Source: Mobula hypostoma
Lineage: Eukaryota
DNA length: 64,000 bases
NCBI RefSeq assembly: GCF_963921235.1
Contig: NC_086097.1
Location: forward strand, 2,294,001 to 2,358,000
Direction: 5' to 3'
In this document: positions 34,651-47,010 of the stretch, in pieces
Numbering within the stretch: the first letter of the stretch is position 1
Layout of the letters: each line of letters opens with the position of its first letter
The notes under the pieces: generated by a model
What the model was told of the DNA's origin: nothing
The model's database searches: none
What the model saw: the letters and a program-made list of their open reading frames with translations, nothing else
Position numbers and translations under genes: made by a program

Positions 34651-35240
34651 GCCTGGAGGCAGGACCAGAGACCAAGATGGAGGCATTGTGGCCACGAGCC
34701 CGTGCTCGACTCCATTGCTTCTCTGATTGAAGTGTCGAGGGTGAGAGCCCATGATCAACTCCAAGTCTTCTCTCTGATAGCGGCGTCAAGCAAGGTTGAA
34801 GTCGACAAGGACGAGAGTGGAGGACAGGTGGGTGTTTGGCACCGCCTGCCTGTGTTTGACTGGTCTTCGCGAGGTGCTGCCACAGGGAAGTGCAGGAGTC
34901 CACGTTGCAAGGATTGAGGCTGTGGACTCATTTTGGGCACATGTTGCATGTGTTTCTGGATTCAGGTTACTCTTTTAGAGTTTTTGAATGGTTTGATCAG
35001 GGTAATCAATGCAGACTTGGGCAATTCAGCACAGAATGGCCATTCAGCACGGCACTAAATGGCACACGCCTGGACTCCCAGTTTGATGTTTGATGGCCTC
35101 TGCGCTGTTTGCTCACTGTCTGGCATTTGCACAATTTGCTCTATTTTGTGCACGTTGATGAATCTCAGAGTTGTAGTCTGATAATATCTGTTGTAGTTGT
35201 AGTCTGATAGTATCTTGATAATAAATGTAGTTTGAATCTT
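34651..35240 (+). mobile_element. Putative non-autonomous retroelement abutting the satellite
   Basis: GC-rich body with caagatgg, then a gaatctcagagttgta...gataataaatgtagtttgaatcttt tail like those at 38790-38846 and 57218-57230. Confidence 0.45.
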
Positions 35241-36679
35241 TAAATTTCATAATGTATGTTGGTAGTATTAATGAAACTTGACTCTGATTGTGATTACCCT
35301 TTCATCTCAAAGATGCTGTTAAAAGTAAGGCCATGCTGGTCTGTTCTCCACTACACAATGAAAATCCATGTACTTATTAACACTGTCTCCTTAATCACAG
35401 TTAGGAACAGGGCTGAAATATTTGTTTCAAGAGTGACACCCAAGTGGTTTGTCATACAGATTCCAAGGCATGAGGAACATTTTTCTTAGATAAGTCATTG
35501 CAATATCAAAACACTTCTACACATGCAGAAGCACATCTATATTGGGGTTAATTCAAGAAATTTACAGCGTCAAGTCAAAGTCAGATGCTTCCTTTGGACA
35601 ACAATTTTGAGATGGTTACAGAGTTAAAACTTATTACTGTCAATTTTTCGGCAAGATTCTGTGAATGTCTTTTACAAGAAAAGGTTAAAGTCATCTTGAA
35701 GATGGAACTCTGGCTACAAAGTTTTTTTTCCACTAAGTTCCATGCATGAGACTTAATCGTTGAGAAAAGGTCTGGAATAAAAACAGTTGCCATGGTTACA
35801 GTAAGCACCCAGGCTCAGTATACTTTGGATGCCTGCCACTTTCAAAATAAAAAATGCCCTCAAATGCCCTGGCAGCTTAACAGAGTGAACAAGTGCTGTG
35901 GCCTTCACATTCTTCCGCAGAGGGCTTGCGCTTCTCTGAGGATACAATCAACCACCATTGATTCTTAACCTTTCCAGCATTTATTTCTCCAAGAATGATT
36001 TTTTTTTTTTTAAAAAGGCCATAGAAGACTTCAGACTCAGTTTTAAAGAAAATTTACATTTTGGTTCCTAAACTAGTAATGCTTATATTCTGAATGGAAA
36101 GGTCCCAAAACTGGGATGGGGGTTTAATTTCCAAGAAATCAAGTTGTAGATTTCTCCTCCCCTTTTCTTTCCACCCTCTCTCACTAAGGGCATCACCCTA
36201 ACTTGTTTAGGATGCTGGCAGCTTTCCAGATTCTCAGAGCTGGTACCCATTCTAATCCAATTTCCCAGCCTCTTAATCTGTAGCCTTCTAAATTAAAGTG
36301 CATTAAATTTCTCATCCAAATCAAAATGTGACAAGATTTTCGGACTCTGTAACTATTTTAGAAAGAGAGTTCCAACAAACAGCCTCAACTTCCTCTACAG
36401 AAATCAGCTTAACCAGCCTGTCCTCTCTTGGCAAAATTCTCCATTCCTGGCAACATCTCCTCTGCCACATATCCTGGGGAACTCCACTCTCAAGAGACTG
36501 GGGGACAGGGAGAAAATGAATTGTACACATTCTAGCTGTGACCCAAGAAGTTTAACATTACTAAAGCACATTGACCCTGCTGTGAGCCCCCTGACCTGCC
36601 AGACCCAAAGCTCTTCCCCGTTGATTAATTCCTGACAGTAACAAGGGCATTAAGATGTCTTGAACCCAAAGATGGTCAC

Positions 36680-37115
36680 ATTTTAGAAGAATGCAGATGA
36701 AATTTAAGAGGAAGTTGCCTGTACTGGAGAATCTGAGTTATAGGAAATGTTGAAGAGGTTAGAACTTTATTCCTTAGAGCTAAGGAGAATGAGGAGAGAT
36801 TTGATAGAAGTATACAAAATTATGAGGGGTACAGATAGGTTGACTTTTCCACTAAAGTGAGGTGGAACTACAACTAGAGGTCATGGGTTAAGGGTGCAAA
36901 GTGAAATGTTTATGGGGGACATGGGGAACTTCTTCACTCAGAGGTTGGTGAGAGTATGGAACGAGTGGTGGATGCAGGTTGAATTTCAATATTGAGAGAA
37001 ATTTGGATCAGTACATGGATGGAAGGGGTATGGAAGGCTATCATCTTAGTGTAGGTTGATGGGACTAGGCAGATTAAGTTTGGAATAGACTAGATGGGCT
37101 GAAGGGCCTGTTTTT
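36680..37115 (+). mobile_element. CR1 3' fragment
   Basis: LYSLE.RRMRRDLIEVYKIMRG...TRGHGLRV...FFTQR; gactagatgggctgaagggcctgttt. Confidence 0.8.
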
Positions 37116-37117
37116 GC

Positions 37118-37221
37118 GCTTACTATTTAACTATTTATGGTTCTATTACTATTTATTATTTATGGTGCAACTGTAACGAAAAGCAATTTCCCCCGGGATT
37201 AATAAAATATGACTATGACTA
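37118..37221 (+). mobile_element. Isolated Rex1 3' UTR/tail (same family as 18211-18310)
   Basis: Near-exact reverse complement of 18211-18305, ending aataaaatatgactatgacta. Confidence 0.75.
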
Positions 37222-38104
37222 ATTATTAAATGGCTACAAAATAGCAGAGAAAAGATTACCGCCAGCAATTAAATTGTACGCTCAGGGAGATTTGTGGCTG
37301 AAATCACTCAGTGAGTCATGCATATTCCTCCATTACTCACACGACTTCATTTAACTTGTTTCAACCTGCACACAGGCCTCCAAAAAGATGAGTTGCATAT
37401 TGATAGTAATGAACAAAATTCATCAAGATTGAAAACTGTTTAGATAATAGATATTCCATCAACCAGACTGCGTTCAAAGGACTTGCAGATGTGTTCACAA
37501 GAAGTGCCTTGTAATTTTAGAAAAATAACCTTCATTAATAGTCCAGTGAGTATGATGAGAGACTTGTTAGGTACTGAGCCAATTTCTAGATTACCCTGAA
37601 TTGGGAACTTCAATCTCGAGCAAAACGTAAAATCTAATGAACAACAACAGCTGATCTTCTTAACACAGAACCTATACTCAGTCTGCAAGGTACTGAACTG
37701 TTAATGGCAACATGAATTGCTTTTATCTTCATTAATTGGGTACAAATGTCACCTTTCCAGGTTGCTCGGCCACTGCACATGGGAATTAAAAATCAACGAC
37801 ATTACACAATACTTTTAACACTGAACTATTTGAAGGCCCCTTTCAGAACAGGACACATAAAATCTGACATGCACTCAGTTAATGGTGGTGGTCCCTGGCA
37901 TAAAAAAGGTTGGGAACCCTCACTCGAGAACAATCTGAAGCAGGTTTATTATCACCGACATATGTCATGAAGTGTGTTGTTTTGTGGCGACGTAATTGCT
38001 GTTTTACAATAGGAAATCAAATGAACAGTGCGAGAGAGGAATAATGAGAGAGTGATCATGGAACCGATGTCGAAGGGGAGGAAGCTGTTCATAAAAAGTT
38101 CAGT

Positions 38105-39025
38105 TCACTGGATCACATTGGGACCAGTACATTTTGGCCCAATTACGCAGCTGCCCCAACTAGCTTAAATTTATAAGACCATAAGATATGGGAACAGGAG
38201 TAGGCCATTCGGCCCATCGAGTCTGCTCTGACATTCAACCATGGGCTGATCCAATTCTTCCAGTCGTCCCCACTCCCCTGCCTTCTCCCCATACCCTTTG
38301 ATGCCCTGGCTAATCAAGAACCTATCTATCTCTGCCTTAAATGCACCCAATGACTTGGTCTCCACAGCTGCTCGTGGCAACAAATTCCACAGATTTACCA
38401 CCTTCTGACTAATTTCATGAAAATAGTTAAAAATTATATTAAAAAAGACAAACTACCATTTGAGTAATAAATTATGTATTGAAATGAAATACAGAACAAA
38501 TTAGAACACTAGCAGTACTACTACAGTACAGTACTATGAAAGTATGTATGAGTTTCTAATAACTAACTGGTGGACTGGCTTCACTTGGTGAGCCTCAGTG
38601 CTGAACCTGGCTCTGTGCCTCTGACTCACTTCTGGGGCCCCTGCAGTTCCTGTGTTGTGTATTATTTGTTGTTGTGTTTATTGTGTGCATGATTTGTTCT
38701 TTTTGCACACATTGGATGTTTGACACTTGTGTAAGGTTTTTCCATGGGTTCTATTGCGTTCCTTTGCTTTGAGGCTGCCAGTCAATACAGGAATCTCAAG
38801 GTTGCACACAGTATACGTACTTCGATAATAATTGTATTTTGAACTTAGTTACCGATGGAGGAATTCATCAGTGTGTTCTTTTGATTGACTGTAAATGAGC
38901 AAGATCAGTACAGATAGTGGAATACCTTCAAACAATGCTATCAATGATTGTATTCTCCAAATCTTCATTTTCATTTTAACATTCAGGATCGTCAATCCTT
39001 TCAAATTCTTCATAGTTGCTAAACA
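38105..39025. mobile_element. Tigger/pogo-like fragment split by CR1 (38172-38410, minus) and a LINE 3' UTR (~38570-38846)
   Basis: cattgggaccagtacattttggcccaatta...aatttcatgaaaatagtta...ctccaaatcttcattttca, collinear with 8530-8920. Confidence 0.65.
38172..38410 (-). mobile_element. CR1 3' end
   Basis: ORF 38171-38401 reads VNLWNLLPRAAVE...FKAEIDRFLISQGIKGYGEKAG; tail tcttatggtctta. Confidence 0.85.
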
Positions 39026-39239
39026 AAAAAGTGAGCTTCCATTCAGTCCTTAAAGTGGGGCAGGGTGTGACCCCAGATGAACTCCCCAGACAGAAGCAAC
39101 TCACTAGTTACTACATTGTGGAATAATTAATTAATTAATATATAAATTAGTGTAAAATAACACAAACACACACGACACTCAAGAATATAGGAGCAACGGT
39201 AGACTACTTGGCCTATTCTTGCTTCATTTCATGGTATCT

Positions 39240-39610
39240 GAATCAAGTTTAATATCACTGACATATGTCATGAAATTAGTTATTTTACAGTAGTAGTAGT
39301 ACATTGCAATACATAACAATAAAATAAACTATAAATTACAAGTACATATAACATCAATTAAATAATTAGTGCAGAGAGAACAAAAAAAAAAGAAAAGTAG
39401 TTAGGTGGTGTACATGGCTTGATTGTCCATTCAGAAATCTGATGGCAGACGGGAAGAGTCTGTTTCTGAAATGTTGAGTGTGTGTCTTCAGGCTCCTGTA
39501 CCTCCTCCTCGATGGTAGCAATGAGAAGAGGGCATGTCCTGGGTGATGGGGGTCCTTGATGATGGATGTTGCCTTTTTGATGCGTCACCTTTTAAAGGTG
39601 TCCTCAATAT
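39240..39610 (-). mobile_element. Rex1-like 3' fragment
   Basis: KKAT.IIKDPHHPGHALFSLLPSRRRYRSLKTHTQHFRNRLFP plus a UTR. Confidence 0.78.
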
Positions 39611-39619
39611 GATAACAAT

Positions 39620-39990
39620 GCAACTGTCCCAGGTCTCATCCCCTCACCTTTGCCAGTGTCCCATCCTGTTAACTCAAAAAAGATTTACTTCCTCTCTAAA
39701 TATCCCAATGACTCTCCGCAACCCTCCAAGGCAGAGAGAATTCCAGACATTCACAAGTCTCTCTGAGAAGTTGTTTTAGCACATCTCAGTTTTAAGTTAA
39801 TGTGCAATGACTCTCCTTTGTACAAATTCTCCAATCTAGTGAAAATATTTTGCCTTCTATCCCTAATCGCTCACCCCCAGGATCTTAACAATTTCAAAAA
39901 GATCACACTCTTTCTTCTAAACTCAAAAGGACATGGATCTAATTTTTCGAGCCATTTATGAGAGGACAACTCTTATATCCCAGGAATTAA
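39620..39990 (-). mobile_element. Degenerate CR1 3' fragment
   Basis: ggcagagagaattccagacattcaca...tctcagttttaa...ttcttctaaactc...atcccaggaatta. Confidence 0.55.
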
Positions 39991-40316
39991 AGCAACTCAT
40001 TCCTAACAGCAAATACAGTTCTTTCACAACACTCCACCTACTAACTCTACTATCTCTTTATTATTTCCCATCAGTAACCTCATGTACAGCTAAGCGCTAC
40101 TTTACGGTCATACAATCAATATCTATAACTATCTAATGTATTTAAATTTATTGTTTATTATTATTATTAATGTTTTCTTTAGCTTTTGTGTTTTTTTTCC
40201 TGCTGCAACAGATCCAAAGTAACAATTATTTCATTCTCCTTGTGCACTGGAAATGACATTAACGAATCTTACAGACATAGGAGACTACAGATAATGAACA
40301 TGGAACCACAGACTAT

Positions 40317-41020
40317 CAGTCATGGGTATACAGGGAGTAAAGGAGGGCACTCGGTATGCAGCCCTGAGGGGCTCCTGTATTGAGAGTCAGAGGGTTGGAG
40401 GTGAGGGAGCCCACTCTTACAACCTGCTGGCAATCTGACAGGAAGTCCAGGATCCAGCTGCACAAGGCAGGGTGAAGGCCTCTTTCACCTCAAATGGTTG
40501 AGGAAGTTTGGTACGGGCCCCCAAATCCTAAGAACTTCCTACAGGGGCACAATTGAGAGCATCCTGACTGGCTGCATCACTGCCTGCTATGAGAACTGTA
40601 CCTCGCTTAATCGCAGGACTCTACAGAGAGTGGTGCAGACAGCCCAACGCATCTGTAGATGTGAACTTCTCATGATTCAGGACATTTACAAGGACAGGTG
40701 TGTAAAAAGGGCCCGTAGGATCATTGGGGACCCGAGTCATCCCAACCACAATCTATTCCAGCTGCTACCATCCGGGAAATGGTACTGCAGCATAAGAGCC
40801 AGGACCAACAGGCTCCGGGACAGCTTCTTCCACCAGGCCATCAGACTGATGAACTCACACTGATCTGAGTACATTACCTTGACCATTCTATTTATTATAA
40901 TTATAAATTACTATGATTGCCATTGCACATTTAGACGGAGACGAAACATAAAGATTTTTACTCCCCATGTATGTGAAGGATATAAGAAATAAAGTCAGTT
41001 CAATTTAATTCAATTCAATT
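40317..41020 (+). mobile_element. Rex1/Babar insertion with an inverted 5' segment
   Basis: 40317-40480 (minus) encodes GLHPALCSWILDFLSD...TGAPQGCI...YSLYTHDC. 40478-41020 (plus) encodes LFHL..LRKFG...SFFHQAIRLMNSH and ends in a (caatt)n tail. Confidence 0.85.
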
Positions 41021-41021
41021 T

Positions 41022-41109
41022 TCTCAATTAGTTTTTGTTCTTTTAAGAGTTGCCCCAACTAAGCCACTACCCCAAATAAACCAATGGCCCAGTTAACTGG
41101 AATTGACTG
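41022..41109. mobile_element. Right end of a Tigger/pogo-like element
   Basis: ttagtttttgttc...ggcccagttaactggaattgactg|TA matches the end of 8530-9300. Confidence 0.65.
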
Positions 41110-41114
41110 TATAT

Positions 41115-41560
41115 TATCTCTTGGCTAAAGGAGTATGGGGTCCAAAACTGGACACAGTACTCCAGATGTGATCTCACCAACACCCTGTACAATTGCTGTG
41201 CCTTATCGTCCAGCTCCAACACTCATCCAAAAAGAGGCCAACATGCCTTTTGGCACCCATCAACCTTCTGTGATTCATGCACAGGAATATCTCAACCACT
41301 CAGTACTTCTCTCAGAAGCAATTTTTCTCTGTTGAGATAATTGTCTGCTTTTAGATGCCTATTACTGAATTGCACAAACTCCATTTGGCATCTTTTCACC
41401 CATCCACTTTACCAATCTACATTCTTCTGCCGAATCCAAATGTCCACATCACAACCTGCCCACCACCTATTTTCATATCGTCGACAAACTTGAATATCTT
41501 GTACTCTATTCCACTCCTCCAGATCATTAACCTAAATCTAAATAATCGAAGACAATTAAC
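41115..41560 (-). mobile_element. Degenerate CR1 RT fragment
   Basis: IFKFVDDMKIGG and a LEYCVQFW-like motif (ccaaaactggacacagtactccag). Confidence 0.65.
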
Positions 41561-41825
41561 TTCCAAAAGTTCTTCAGTGGAATAAAGGTGAAGGTACATT
41601 TTTTTTGTTAAACTGGCCTGGACTTTAAAATGTAAACAATGTCTTGCTATTCCAGGAAGAACAATAAAGCACCACGTGAAGGAAATGGACTAAACTCACT
41701 TTCCAACCTGTCAGTGGAGCTTGTTAAGAGACAGTGAGCAACTTTCAAGAGGTAGGCACTGTGGTACAGAGACACACCTCTGTCCGTGGCATATAATGAG
41801 CAGTATAAATTCTACAGATTGCTAT

Positions 41826-42537
41826 TGTATGAGGTTTCTTCTTTTATGTTACTGCGAAGGCTACAAAATGGCTTCTTTGTTATGTTATTTTTTAAAAATG
41901 GCTTTCTGTAATAATAACTGTGATGCAAATTCTCTCTCTCTGCTTGTTTAGGTTATATTATTGATAAGAGGATGAATGAACCAATTGGGATAGATGTTTG
42001 TTCTTTCTTGTGTGCCTGTAAGCTATCGTTTTTCGCGGGCTTTGTGGCAGAAGGCATGATGGGGACAGGGAGAGAAGACGCAATGCTGTAAGCTGGGCGG
42101 CGAAACGGACCCTGAACGGGAGTCCGAGGCCCAGGGTCTTCGGTGAGAAGAGGAGACGAAGACAGACTTGTGTGGAGCATCTGGTCGACCACCATGGTTG
42201 GTCCCAGACAGCGGGTCGAGGTGGTCAGAGGGGATCGAATGGTGGAAAGAAGATTCCGTTAATTGAGCACCAACGGTTGTGCACAAAGTGGTTGAACTTT
42301 GATAAGTTTGGTGCCTTTTACTTTCCTTTTATATTTTATCTCTATTAATTACATAGTTCCAGTAAGATCTATAAAGTGTAGTCATTTACTCACATATGGT
42401 GTATTGTCTGTTATTTGGCGGGGTGGGGTACATCACACAGCATCCACACAAACTTGATTACCCAGTCTGGCGGGGCCGAAGGCTGCTCGCCCTAGACGAG
42501 TGAGTTGAGTGACCCTGAGGCTTACCAGGGGGCCACA
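41826..42537. mobile_element. Solo LTR (712 bp), same family and orientation as 3118-3828
   Basis: TGT...ACA termini, TSD CTAT (41822-41825, 42538-42541), shared motifs such as tttgataagtttggtgccttttac and ctgaggcttaccagggg. Confidence 0.88.
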
Positions 42538-44698
42538 CTATATAGAATCTACTCAATCCAATGAAAGGGAATAGAAAGTGATGGTTTCATTAGATTCAAA
42601 TTATCATAGTCATCAAAGGCAAGAGGATGCAATGAAATTTATTGCTCGCATGAAGACCACAAGAGCAGAATCAGGACATTCAGCCCATTAAGTATGCTCC
42701 GCCATTCCATCATGGACGTTACAGTGTATTATCCCTCTCAACTCCATTCTCCTGCCTTCTCCCCATAACCTTTGACGTCCTGACTAATCAACAACCTATC
42801 AACCTCCACTTTAAATATTCCCAATGACTGGCCTCCACAGCCACCTGTGGCAATGAATTCCACAGATTCACTACCCTCTGGCAAAAGAAAATCCTCCTCA
42901 TTATTGGACTTTCTCCAATGCCAGCATATCTTTTCTTATACAAAGGGCCTAAAGATGCTCGCATTATTTGTCAGAACACACTTGGGGTTTTGTGAGCAGT
43001 TTTGGACTCCATGTTGAATTGAATTGACTTTATTTTTTGCATCCTTCACATACATAAGGAGTAAGATCTCAAGAAAAGATGTGCTGGCATTGGAGAGGGT
43101 CCAGAGGACATTCATGCGAATGATCCCAGGAATGAAAGGGTTAACACATGAGGAGCATTTGATTGCTTTAGGCTTGTACTCGCAGGAATTTAGAAGAATG
43201 GGGGGGGGATATCATTGCAATCTATCAAACGTTGAAAGCTTTGGATAGTGTAGATGTGGACAGGGTGCCTCCTGTAGTGGGGGAGTCTAGGACCAGAGGG
43301 GACAACTTCAAAACAGTGGGACGTCCACTTAGAACAGAGAAGAGGAAATTTTTTAAAATTTTTTTTGAGTCGGATGGTGATGAATCTGTGGAATTCATTG
43401 CCACAGATGGCTGTGCAGGGCAAGGCTTTGGGTGTACTTAAAAGGGCAGTTGACAGATTATTGATTAATCAGGATGTCACAGATCACGGTGAGAAGGCAG
43501 GAGATTGAAGTTCAGAGGGATAATAAGTCAACCATCATGGAAAAGCGGAGCAGAATGAATTGGCTGAATGGCTTAAATTACGCCCCTATGTCTTGTGGAC
43601 ACTACAGAGAAGATGGGAGAACAGCAATGGCTGGAGTTTCTGGCAGCAATTTCGGAAAACGCAGGATAGATCCATCCCAAAGATGAAGAAGTATTCTAAA
43701 GATAGGATGACACAACTGTGGCTGACAAGGGAAGTCAAAGACAGCATAAAAGCAAAAGCAAGGGCGTATAATATAGCAAAAATTAGTGGGAAGGTAGAAG
43801 ATTGGGAAGCTTTTAAATCCAACAGAAGGCAACTGAAAAGCCACAGAGAGAAAAGGTGAAATGCAGAGGTAAGCCAGCCAGTGATATAAAAGAGAATACC
43901 AAACATCTTTTCAGATAGATAAAGACGAAGAGGTGAGAGTGCATATCGGACCACTGGAAAATGACATTGGAGAGGCTGTAAAGGGGAGACAAAGAAAAGG
44001 CAGATGTATTTAAGCATTTTGCATCAGTTGTCACTGTAGAAGGCTTTAGCAGTATGCCAGAAATTCAAGTATCGGGGGCAAAAGTGAGTGTAGTTGTTAT
44101 TTCTATGGAGAAGGTGCTTAGGAAGCTGAAATGCCTGAAGGTAGATAAGCCACCTTGACCAGATGGACTACACCCCAGGGTCTGAAAGTTCTGGAGGCAT
44201 TAGTAAAGATCTTTCAAGATCATTAGATGCTGGAATGGTTCCACAGTACTGGAAAATTGCATATGTCACTCCACTCTTCAAAAAGGGAGGGAGGCATGAG
44301 AAAGCAAATCATAGGCTAGTTAGTCTGATCTTAGTGGTTGGGAAGATGTTGGAGCCTCCAATGCCAGCACATCCTTTCTTAGATAAGGGGCCCAAAACTG
44401 CTCACAATACTCCAAGTGAGGTCTGATCAATGCCTTATAAAGCCTCAGCATCACATCCCTACTCTTACATGTAGTCCTCTCGAAATGAATGCTAACATTG
44501 AACTTGCCTTCCTTATCTTCGACTAAACTTGTAAGTTAATCTTTAGGGAATCCAGCACAGGGACTCAAGTTCCTCTGAACATCTGATTTTTGAATTTTCT
44601 CCTTATTTAGAAAACTGTCTACACTCTTATTTCTTCTGCCAAGGCACATGACCATACATTTCCCTACACTATAGTGCATCTGCTACTTCTTTTCTCCA

Positions 44699-45135
44699 GC
44701 ATGTGGTGAAAACTGCCCAGTGGATTATCGGCACCCAATTGCCCACCATTGTGAACATCTACCATAAACGCTGCCTGGGCAGGGCGAAAAGCATCATCAA
44801 GTATGCATCTCACCCTAACCATGGACTTTTTACTCTCTTCCCATCCGGTAGGCGCTACAGGAGCCTCCGCTCCCGCACCAGCAGGCACAGGAAGAGCTTC
44901 TTCCCTGAGGCTGTGACCCTGCTGAACCTCACATCACAGCGCTAAGCAGTATTCCACCCAGATTGTACTGTCTCAGTACTTTTATATTTGTGTGCTGTAG
45001 CACTTACTTTTTATTCGCAGTTATTTTGTAAATAATACTATTCTTTGCATTTCTGGTTAGATGCTAACTGCATTTCATTGACTTTGTATCTGTACTCGGC
45101 ACAATGACAATAAAGTTGAATCTAAAAAATCTAAA
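44699..45135 (+). mobile_element. Rex1/Babar 3' fragment nested in CR1
   Basis: VVKTAQWIIGTQLP...HPNHGLFTLFPSGRRYRS...SFFPEAVTLLN; tail tgacaataaagttgaatcta. Confidence 0.88.
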
Positions 45136-45285
45136 TATAAATCTTTGCCCATTCTCCCATCTGTCCAAGTCCTTCTGCAGACTCCCTCCTGCTTCCTCAA
45201 CACTGCCTGCCCCCCCGCCCACCTTGTATTGTCCACAAAGTTGGCCATAAAGCCATCAATTCCTTCATCCAGATCACTGACAGCG

Positions 45286-46204
45286 TGAAGTAGAAAAGCA
45301 AATTGTACCGAGGATGTGGAGAGTCTGCAGAGGGATATAGATAGGTTAAGTGAGTGGGCCAAGGTCTGGCAGATGGAATACAACGTTGGTAAATGCAAGG
45401 TCACCCACTTTGGAAGGAATAATAGAAGAGCAGATTATTATTTAAATGGTGAAAGTTTGCAGCATGCTGTTGTGCAGAGGGACTTGGGAGTGCTTGTTTA
45501 TGAATCACAAAAAGTTGGCTTGCAGGTACAACAGGTTATTAGGGAGGCAAATGGAATGTTGGCCTTCATTGCTAGAGGGATTGAATTCAAGAGCAGGGAG
45601 GTCATGTTGCAAATATATAGGGTACTGGTGAGGCCGCACCTGGAGTACTGTGTGCAGTTCTGGTCTCCATACTTGAGGAAGGATATACTGGCTTTGGAGG
45701 CAGTGCAGGGGAGGTTCACCAGGTTGATTCCAGGAATGAAGGGGTTAACCTATGAAGAGAGATTGAGTCGCCTGGGACTGTACTCTCTGGAGTTCAAAAG
45801 AATGAGAGGGGATCTTATAGAAACATACAAAATTTTGAAAGGGATAGATAAGATAGAAGTAGAAAAGTTGTTTCCATTGGTATGTGAGACTAGAACTAGG
45901 GGACATTGCCTCAAGATTCAGGGGAGAAGATTTAGGACGGAGATGAGGAGAAACTGTTTTTCCCAGAGAGTGGTGAATCTGTGGAATTCTCTGCCCAGGG
46001 AAGCAGTTGAGGCTTCCTCACTAAATATATTTAAGATACAGTTGGATAGGTTTTTACATAGTAGGGGAATTCAGGGTTATGGGGAAAAGGCAGGTAGATG
46101 GAGCTGAGTTTACAGACAGATCAGCCATGATCTTATTGAATGGCGGGGCAGGCTCGATGGGCCAGATGGCCTACTCCTGCTCCTATTTCTTATGTTATAT
46201 TCTT
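45286..46204 (+). mobile_element. Relatively young CR1 3' fragment with an open ORF2 C-terminus
   Basis: ORF 45316-46107 (263 aa) reads LQRDIDRL.EWA...RPHLEYCVQFWSP...FSQRVVNLWNSLP; ttcttatg tail. Confidence 0.92.
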
Positions 46205-46744
46205 ATGTGACCAAAGTAATCCCAACACCAACCTCTGTGGCACACTACTAGTCAACAGCACCCACAAGACAAGGCTCCTTTATTCCCACTCCATGCCTCC
46301 TGCCATCAGCCAATGCTCAATCCATGCTAGTATCTTTTTTGTAATACCATTAATATCTCGTTAAGCAGCCTCGTGCTCAGCACCTATGAAGCTCAGAGTG
46401 AGCAGCAGAATGGTGCAAAGACTGTAATGCAATATGCAGTCCAAACAAAATGCTTAAGTAGTAATAACAGAGATAAAATTAAGAGAGTAAGAATGTGGTG
46501 ACACGAGGAAGGAGATTTGAAAGAGGTGACCAACAGCATTGGGGAAGAAGCCGTTTCTCACGTGTAACCACCCAAACCAACGAACTATAGTACTTTCTTT
46601 TTTTAAAAAACCTGATGACAGGCGATTTCCTGGTATCTTTTCATTGAACCAATGATGTTCCTCAATACCCATAACTTGGCTCAGTTCCACTGAATTAGAT
46701 TCCACAAATGTCCACGGAGTAACAAGTCTGAACAAAATTTAAAT

Positions 46745-47010
46745 GGCACAGATCCAGCATGAAACAGGCTTTTCAGGCCCAACAGGCCACACTGGTCAGC
46801 AACCCACCTACTGAACCACACCGTCACCACCGGAGCATTTACTGAGACCATCTAACTTACTTTGGACTATGGGAGGAAACCAGAGCACCCAGAGGAAACC
46901 CATGTAGTAACAAGGAAAACATACAAACTCCTTGCAGATGGCACTGGAATTGAACTCCTGACTCAGGTGGCCCGAGCTGTGATAGCATTGCATTAACTGC
47001 AACACCCCAA
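46745..47010 (-). mobile_element. V-SINE (HE1-like)
   Basis: ttggactatgggaggaaaccagagcacccagaggaaaccca...ggaattgaactc. Confidence 0.72.

Larger units (their letters stand above)
42665..46385. mobile_element. Cluster of nested and rearranged CR1 fragments in both orientations
   Basis: Minus 3' end at 42665-42960; plus 3' end at ~43075-43600; plus linker region at 43600-44352; minus RT region at 44355-44698, 45140-45285 and 46205-46385. Confidence 0.8.

Noticed and set aside
28235..34917. Repetitive ORFs (EVRFGVEC..., TSHSTPNL...) as real mucin-like or structural genes
   Set aside because: Unit lengths vary by non-multiples of three (19, 22, 24 bp), several frames are open at once, and there is no signal peptide or splice context. 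Satellite composition explains them.
3118..42537. One giant LTR element bounded by the two 711-bp repeats
   Set aside because: Each repeat has its own distinct 4-bp TSD, and no PBS or PPT is evident inside.
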